The position numbers and the translations under genes were made by a program. A stretch of 22,198 nt of DNA from Ginkgo biloba (Eukaryota; Plantae; Ginkgophyta): positions 71,176,720 to 71,198,917 of the forward strand of contig JANKJI020000002.1 of the NCBI GenBank assembly GCA_024626585.2. The letters are read 5' to 3'. The notes under the pieces were generated by a model, which worked only from the letters and a program-made list of their open reading frames with translations, ran no database searches and was not told the origin of the DNA. Position 1 is the stretch's first letter. Every line of letters begins with the position of its first letter. Positions 12,401 to 21,400 of this stretch are shown one piece after another.

Positions 12401-15400
12401 GTCAAAGGAACAATTTTTCTACACCCTATGCACCTGTTTGGAGATTTATTTCAAGCCATGTTTGTGCTCATTGAATTGTAAATCCTTTTTGTGTTGCTTA
12501 TATGGCAGTGAATGCCTACATTCAAAGCAAATGGGCTGGTTTTCCATGATCTAGATTAGTTGCTGACTTTGTCTTGTGTGTGTGGGTTTAAGAAATAAGT
12601 AGTACTAGAATAAAGGCCTTTAGAATTGTTATCCTGTGGAAGTCATCAAAGTTTACCAAGCAACTTGTTTTCGAGCATACTAATCTAGCATCACTTATCT
12701 ATTTTGTTGTCTTTCTATATCTCTATCTGTAATATAGCTCAGTGTTCTTTTGTTTGACATCTGTGCTGTGTGATGGCTTTACTCAATCTCACAAGTTTAC
12801 TATTATCTTTATGATGAAATGATAGTCCACGAGCAGATGGAACATTTCTTTCAAGTTTGAATGATAAATGGAAAACAATATTTTAATGTCCAAGTTTTTG
12901 CAACTATTTGTTTTATTTGGAAGAGTTGTTGTTCCATACCCTTAGATCCATTTCCATACAATTCTAACACAGAAAATGGAACATTTATCAACATGAAAGG
13001 GTGGGCAATACAGAACAGATTTTCTAGCCCGTGGATGAGTGCTCCCAACATTAGTTAACTCGCACAGAACTGTACTAATTTCAGGTTTTCACTAGTACGC
13101 CTGTTATCACAATAGTTCACACATTATAGACAATGGAAACTGCAAAGAATTTTATGGCTGACCAATCTTGAGCATTTCTGTTTGTTTCTACCATATTTAG
13201 TTCTGATGATGCAGTGCTAGACTTAGAGATGTTTTTGCACTCCCTCCTGTTGTTCTTAATCAGGATGCACTGGTCAATCCCATTGTGATTTTGGTGATTT
13301 ACAGACATTTATATAAAGTATTTCATTCTTTGTTTCTTTCTGTATCAAAAGTAAAAATGAATGTAACAAATCAAAATTATGTTGTATTCTAGTTTTCCAT
13401 TAAAATGTGGAGTGAGGTTTGTATTAGTATTGTTAGGCAAGTCGTATGATCTCTCAATTAGTTGTGCATGGTGTTGAAATTAAAGTGAGTAGGTGTCCCA
13501 TGCTCCTNNNNNNNNNNNNNNNNNNNNNNNNNNNNNNNNNNNNNNNNNNNNNATGTATGTGCATTGAGTCTTCTGGGAGATGTTACGTAGTGTTTGGTTT
13601 TCCTTAAGGTTGAGTTATGTTTGAAGGCTAGCCCATAAGTCTGCACATTAATTCTGATTGGTTGGAAATTAACACTCAATCTGTTTGGTCAGGGGAGATC
13701 AACAGCTCTAATTTCTGTTGTAATTTTTATGTCTTTTAGCTAAGGCCTTCTGTGAATATGTAGGACAATGTATTTGGAGGGGACCTATGCTACAGCCCTA
13801 AGCTAAAGACAACATCTCTCAAGATCAAGTATGGACAAGAAAACACTTTTGCAAAGCATTGTAGAAGACAGATGAAGCTTGTGCAAGGCATTAAAACTTA
13901 TTAAAAACACAATTTGATGGCTAGAGAGACAAAAGCGTAGGCTTAATCAAAACCTTTAGAACGAGTGGTGACAAGACCATATCATGGCAAGAAACATGCT
14001 TACAAAAAGGATACGGAAACTAAGGAGGCTTTAAGATGACTTGAGAAGCTGATAGGACTGTTGGGGGAGCCATAGGTAGGCTGAGGAGGCAGCCGCTAAC
14101 TTTAAGGGTGACTTTCTAGGGCATTAGCATAGTAATGACTAACGCAAAATTTGAGGCTGACTTAGAGAAGATGGCCAAAGCAACATCAAAGAAACCGAGG
14201 ACATTTAAATAGGGTGAGACCCAATTTCAATCATGATCTTTGGAATTGTTCTTCTATTGCAACTTGAAGGGCTTGGATCCTTCAATAGGGTTTATTGGGC
14301 TGTATAAAGCCAAAATGGTTTAAGACAACATAGTGGAAGGGCTTAGATTCTGTTTACTAAGCTTGTGTTCAATTGCTACTAATTTTAAGAGGTTATCATG
14401 TTGATGTCTTAGTTTTAGATGATCAATTAGCCACTATTTTTTAAAAAAAAGGCAATACTTGAGGCTATAATACATTACTGCTTTTAAGGTGATAGTAAGA
14501 CAACAATCCAACAACTCCTACATACATTGTTTATCCTTATGAGAATNNNNNNNNNNNNNNNNNNNNNNNNNNNNNNNNNNNNNNNNNNNNNNNNNNNNNN
14601 NNNNNNNNNNNNNNNNNNNNNNNNNNNNNNNNNNNNNNNNNNNNNNAGGGTTTGAACTGGGAAACCATAACTATGAGTAATAGGTGAGTAGTAGTTTTGG
14701 CTAAGAGGGTATTCATGATGCCAAAAAGGCATGTTTGGCCTACACCTGGCATCCTCCTCTAGTGTGGGATTGAAGGGTGGGCTCTAGCAGATCGGTAATA
14801 GCCGCTAGGGGCTAACGATGGCATTTATGCATTGGAGGTTTGGTTTCCCTCATAGAAGATCCTTATAGGCGGTACCCATGGCCAACAGATAGTGTTGGAA
14901 CATGCATTGTAACTCCTTTCCTCCTAACAATCCTTCCCTATTGACCACTACCAGAATATAAACTAACATAACCAAATAACTATTGATTGTTAATTTATGA
15001 TGGTTAGTTATTTTTGTTAATGTTGTTAATGTCTTTATTGTTTAGTAGGGAAGCAGACTATTACACTTCTTCCATGGTTTGAGGTATTGTCAATGATATG
15101 TTATGATGGATGCAAGCCTTCAAACCATGAATGAAGTGGTACACCCTATACACCATAAGTAGATTGAATAGTCATGCAAACAAAGCACCTAACTTGTTGC
15201 CATATTCCTACACTATGCCTGTTTGCTTCTCGACAGGCAATACTATAGGTTTCTTGCATGTCATTTTGAGGTGCATACTTTTCAACATTACCTCCTCCGT
15301 TTTGGACCATGTAGTAAAACACTACCTCATGCCATTGTAAATCTCGATTTGGACTCCATTTCACCACTCCTTGGCAAGTCTTTTGAGGGAAAAAGTAACC

Positions 15401-18400
15401 ATCGCTGCCTTTAGCTCTTCCAATATATCAAAGGAGGAGATGAATTTCTTTGTTGCTCTCACCCATGATTAGAAAGATGACTCCATGGCTTGTCCATCAT
15501 AATGTAATATCTGCACATTCTTCAATTGCTTCTTTGTTTGAAGAAATTCCCACCCTTGTCGTCTTCTCTTGTGCTTTAGTTCTTGATCACCAGAACTCTC
15601 TACTTGCTCTTGGCTCTCCCTCTCCAATTCGTCAAATTTTTATTGCTTCTTTCTTGTCCCACTTCCTTCTATGTTCGTAGGTTGGGATGGGATTTCTAGG
15701 TTTCTTTTGCTCCTTTAGCTATTTAATGTCTATTTCCATATCCTCCTTAGATTCTATGTAACAGCCCTGCCCCAGGTCTGTAATCTTTTGTTAGTAATTA
15801 ACATAAAACTTTCCATAACATAATAAATCATAAATCATCATCATCATAATTGCATATGTTCATATAATTAAGCACAANNNNNNNNNNNNNNNNNNNNNNN
15901 NNNNNNNNNNNNNNNNNNNNNNNNNNNNNNNNNNNNNNNNNNNNNNNNNNNNNNNNNNNNNNNNNNNNNNNNNNNNNGTGTGCAGGTTATGTGTGCCAAT
16001 TTGTAGAGTTAGAGATAAAGCGGTCTGACAATTTGCATGTATGCATCAAAGAGTTTCCAGCTCTGCATACAAATTCTCATATTTCTATTCCAAGACTATT
16101 GTATGAATGGAAAGCAAAACTAGTTGAAGAGGTATTACAATTTTCTTGTCTTGGAAGATCTATATTGGTATTTCTCATGACTTTGTGCAGGCTATTTGGA
16201 GATTGAGGATGAAAATCAACAAAACCTTAAGAATACAAATGGTATATTGGATATGGTTGGTCCGAAATAACAGCATGTGCCCGTTATATTATAAAAATCC
16301 TTCAACTAATTTGTCAGAAAATGAAACCAGTAATTGGCACAAATCATGCACCAGGGGTTGGGTTTTGGACATAGAAATCATGGATCAATACAAGGGAGCC
16401 AACAGAACCATTGTAACAACAATAGATCCCTATATTCATACTTTGCCAAATGTATATATTGGGGACCTTACTGATGATGACTCTTAATACAACTGAATGG
16501 TACCTTCGTACTTGATCATAACCATTGGACTTTATGATGCTCTCTGTTATTTGTATTACTACATATGAAATGCTCTATGATGTTACATGAGTAGTAGCAT
16601 GGTAGGAATTACAGAACTGAATGTTATATGTTTAATTTATCCAATTGCTAGTAAATGATAAGAGGTTTTTATTCAGTCCAAATTCAAGGAGGAGTTATGT
16701 CGTATATTGTCAGCAGTAGTATAGCAGGTTAGATAATATCTTGTATGTGGGTTTTTATATTATATTAATGCAAGTTAGCAATTTGTAACACATGCACATG
16801 CGAACACACAGTTTAAATGCTTCCGACCACATCTTTTATTTTTGTGGGATTTTTTCCAGGAAACTACCTTCTTTGTGTAAGGCCTGCAACCACTGATGAA
16901 TACGTTGTGGAGAATGAAACAAGACCTTCCTTTAATTGGTCTGAGGATTTGAAAGGTGAAAAAGCTGTACGTGTTTCAGGACTCTTCGACAAATTGAATT
17001 ATCGCATAAAGAAGACATTTTATGGGGAAAGTGCACAATCCTCCTTTAGCATTATTCAATGTGGCCCAAAGGTCCAGGATTCAAAGTTTAAAGGCCTTCA
17101 TTTCCTGGTTAGGACCACAAGAAGAAAGGTACCTGTAACTCGTACTTCTGAACATTCAGAGCCAAAGTCCTCAATAGTTGCTTGGCTAGAGCAACAAGAA
17201 ATCTTGATTTTGCCAACTATTCGGGTGTCCAATTCTCTTGAGTTGGAGATAGCAGTAACATTAAGTGATGATGGTATGACCATTTGAAGATTTTTTTTGT
17301 ATTCTGGCTGTGAAAGCCTTCTTGTTTCATACTTTTTGTACTATTAGCCTTCTTTTTTTCTGAATAATAAGCATTTATACATTATTTATTGTGTAGATAC
17401 AAACACAATGGGAATATCTGAACACACTGGAAGCCGTTCTATAATTCAAGGTGGAAATAGAACCTACTTATATGCAGATCTCAGCAAGCTTTTNNNNNNN
17501 NNNNNNNNNNNNNNNNNNNNNNNNNNNNNNNNNNNNNNNNNNNNNNNNNNNNNNNNNNNNNNNNNNNNNNNNNNNNNNNNNNNNNNNNNNNNNNNNNNNN
17601 NNNNNNNNNNNNNNNNNNNNNNNNNNNNNNNNNNNNNNNNNNNNNNNNNNNNNNNNNNNNNNNNNNNNNNNNNNNNNNNNNNNNNNNNNNNNNNNNNNNN
17701 NNNNNNNNNNNNNNNNNNNNNNNNNNNNNNNNNNNNNNNNNNNNNNNNNNNNNNNNNNNNNNNNNNNNNNNNNNNNNNNNNNNNNNNNNNNNNNNNNNNN
17801 NNNNNNNNNNNNNNNNNNNNNNNNNNNNNNNNNNNNNNNNNNNNNNNNNNNNNNNNNNNNNNNNNNNNNNNNNNNNNNNNNNNNNNNNNNNNNNNNNNNN
17901 NNNNNNNNNNNNNNNNNNNNNNNNNNNNNNNNNNNNNNNNNNNNNNNNNNNNNNNNNNNNNNNNNNNNNNNNNNNNNNNNNNNNNNNNNNNNTGGTTTTT
18001 TGTCCCCTTTCTGTTGAGACCTATCCTCTCCCTTCTAAGACTAAAATCTCATGGCTTGAGAAGTAAGCGTCTTTCCATGTTATAATGTTATGTTAGAAGA
18101 CTTGTCCTCTGGGACTTCGACATATCTCTATCTTCACGGGTTCTTGATTTTTCTGTACTTTCTACTGCTGGTTGTTTTATGTGGAGAGTTTGTTGACTCA
18201 GATATTGCAATTGATCGGTTTCGCATGTATCTTATTGCCATTTTATGTACTGTAATAACTAGAGCCATGGTAGTTTCTAAAATTAAAGTGGAACTTGGAA
18301 ATTTGCATTGAGATTAATAAAAAGCTGATGTTCTGCAGTGGCGTCCTCTTGTTAAACTATGTCTTTGTTTAAATATCCTTGACATAAATGACATTTTTAG

Positions 18401-21400
18401 AGAGGTCATCCTGAACCTTTTATATAATTTCGATGGCTTAACAGGTCTGACAAGATACTCATTCGTAGACCAGAGCAAAATGCAGTTGTAGCATTACTAG
18501 ATTTGGATTTAATCTCTGGTTTCACAGAAATCAGTTTGGAAGTTCAGGAAGAAACCGGTTTGAAAGAAATAGTAAAGCTGGGTGTCAGTTCACAGTTAGC
18601 TTCATCGAAGGAGTTTGACCCAACACATACCATTAATCTAGTCCCTAGATACATTGTTGTGAATGACTCGACAGAGGAAATTTGTGTCTGTCAAGATGGT
18701 TTGCAGGTTGGTTTCTAGGTCAATCCGAATTTTTGAATTTTTTGCATGGTGGCACAAAACTCTGGTTCTAACTTCTATTGATTCTGTTGTACATTGGTAC
18801 ATTTTGATTGAGAAGGAGGATATGGATGCTTTGATTGCACTTAGACCCGGAGAGCAAGCTGTTCTTCATATGAAAATCTTGCCAGGGGCAGATAAAGTTG
18901 TGAGCTCAGGCAATAACACCTTCGAAAGGCACAAAGATGCAGGGTCAGATTCCTTGTTATTTGTTCAGTTTTGCTTGAAAGAGCCTGGATGGAGCTGGTC
19001 TGGACCAATTTGTTCTTCTTCTCTAGGGCGTTTCTTCTTGAAAATAAGAAGGTGCTCAAATAGTCCTGAAAGTGTTGAATCAAGTAGGAGTACTTTCCAG
19101 GAAAAGAGGATGATGCGATTTGCAGTCATTAATGTTGAAGAAGATGTCCCTTCATTGGTCATGCACTTCCGTATGCACTCGTGCGAATCTTTACCATATC
19201 GAATAGATAACAGTCTACATAATGCTTCTATTGTATTTCGTCAAAAGGTACTTGCTTTCCTCTAGAGATTTGGAAATAAAGTTCATTATTCTGTCTAGGA
19301 AGACTAAAAAGCTGTTGCCAGTTGCAAGTATAGCAGTTTTGGCTCTTTCCTTCAGCTTTAATAATGTTTGTATGGGGTTTGTTTTGAACAAATAGGGGTT
19401 AACAGAAGTGGAGTTTCTAGAGCCCAGTTCCACTGTTGGTTATGTTTGGGATGATCTAAGATTGTCTCACAAGCTCCTTGTGGGGGTTGCAGGTAATGTT
19501 CTCATTCCATTTGAGCTTCCTAGTGAAATTTGCTGTGAGGCATTTTGTTGCCATCTTTCTTCAACAGGTCTCTTCAGTCACTAACTTGCTTGTTTGAATT
19601 GTGTTCCTAGGCACGAATCTTTACCGTGAAATAAACTTAGACAAATTGAGCCCATGGAAGTCATTCCATAAAATCAGGCAAAGCAGAGGATATGGCTTGC
19701 AGCTTCCATATGGTAATTCTCTAGAAGCAATGGCACAGTATGGAGGTATTGCCAATAAGATATCAGATGAAATAGATCTGCCAAAGGTGGGATATGAAGT
19801 ATATGCAGATGGACCAACCAGAGTACTACGAGTTGGCGAATTTGTTTGCTGCCAGAAAGAGAGAAATCATACATCTCAAATTCTTGCATAAATTTTGGCT
19901 TAAGGAACATGATGATAATCTTACTTATAGCCTTAATTTCATAAACCTTTTTAAAAAAATAGATAAGTTATAAATAGTTTTACAAGGAATCATGCTATAG
20001 GTTCATGACATCATATGTTAATAGAACATTTTCTATTCCCACATGTATATGTTTGGTTTAATTTAATAAATATTCATAGTAGTGATAACAAAATAAATAA
20101 ACAAAGGAGATGACAAAGTTTACTTCTTCTATAAATGTACAATCCTAGTGCCCCAATAACTATATTTACTCTAGATAATCAATTCTAAATCAAGCTAAGA
20201 AAGTATACCTCATGTAAGGAAACTAAATAAGAATAAAATTCCATAAAAGTAGAAAATTATTGGCACAAATTTTGAACAAATGAAGTATCTTAAGAATAAT
20301 ACTGTGAGGTATAAGACATATTTTTTAAGTACATTATATATGAAGCATAATTTCCCAAGGATGAATGCTAAATAATATTTAAGTTTAACTTTTTTCATAA
20401 TAAAAAATATTAGTTTTATAACCTACATTGTATGGTCTAATGGAAAATANNNNNNNNNNNNNNNNNNNNNNNNNNNNNNNNNNNNNNNNNNNNNNNNNNN
20501 NNNNNNNNNNNNNNNNNNNNNNNNNNNNNNNNNNNNNNNNNNNNNNNNNTTTGGAACAAGCACTCATGATTTCCAGCACTTTTAATTTGGTTCATTCTTT
20601 TACATTTATTCATCAGTAAGGTGTACTCGATTGTTGCTAGTCTTTGTGGCACCGCGCATACGTATAGTGAACCATCTGAATTGTTTGTTTAACGTTTCAG
20701 TTAATAACTACGTGTGTTTGCTTTCAATGTTCTTCATTCTACTTGCAGAAATCTCATGGTTTGTGTTTTTCAAACAAATGCAAGCCATCAAATCCCTCAT
20801 TCAGGGTTTCATGTCTTCTTGGTAAAGGATTAATATATAGCGTTTTTCATGCCATAGTTTACATTTTGTGAAACGTATTTTCTGCATGGATTAGCATAAA
20901 CTAGTTTCTGCCCATTGGGTTCAGTTCAGCTCTGGCATGTTTATGAACATGAATTTCTATCTTAAGATTAGTTTATGGTCGCAAGTGAGAGAAATGCATT
21001 CTGCATGGCCATGTCTAATATCAAGCAATGTGCACTCACAGAAACTTGAGGATTCAAATGATACATTCGGTTATACACCTGTCATATTTGCGAGAATTGG
21101 AAACTTGATGTCTGAACTCATCATTACAAGCGAGAATACATTGTTTCAGCTCAAAGCTAAGGTAGTTTTGCCAGCATGTCTCTAAGATTGTGTAATGAGT
21201 GTGTCACAGATATAAATAATGATTTCAAAAACAGAAGCAGGTTTCTATGTTTCAAAGTCTTGTACAATCTTTGAACTTGCATATGTAGGCCACCTTATGA
21301 TCAATCTCCATGTGGTTGTCACTTTGAAATAAACTGATGGATGCATTTTGTCTCCCGTGGCAGACATTAGACATGGATCAGAAGTGGCAAGGGGCTCCCT

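Noticed and set aside
1980-20652. ORFs consisting mostly of X, and short antisense ORFs overlapping exons (e.g. 2975-3172, 18965-19162, 19674-19910)
   Set aside because: These are artefacts of N runs or shadows of the coding strand, with no recognisable domains.
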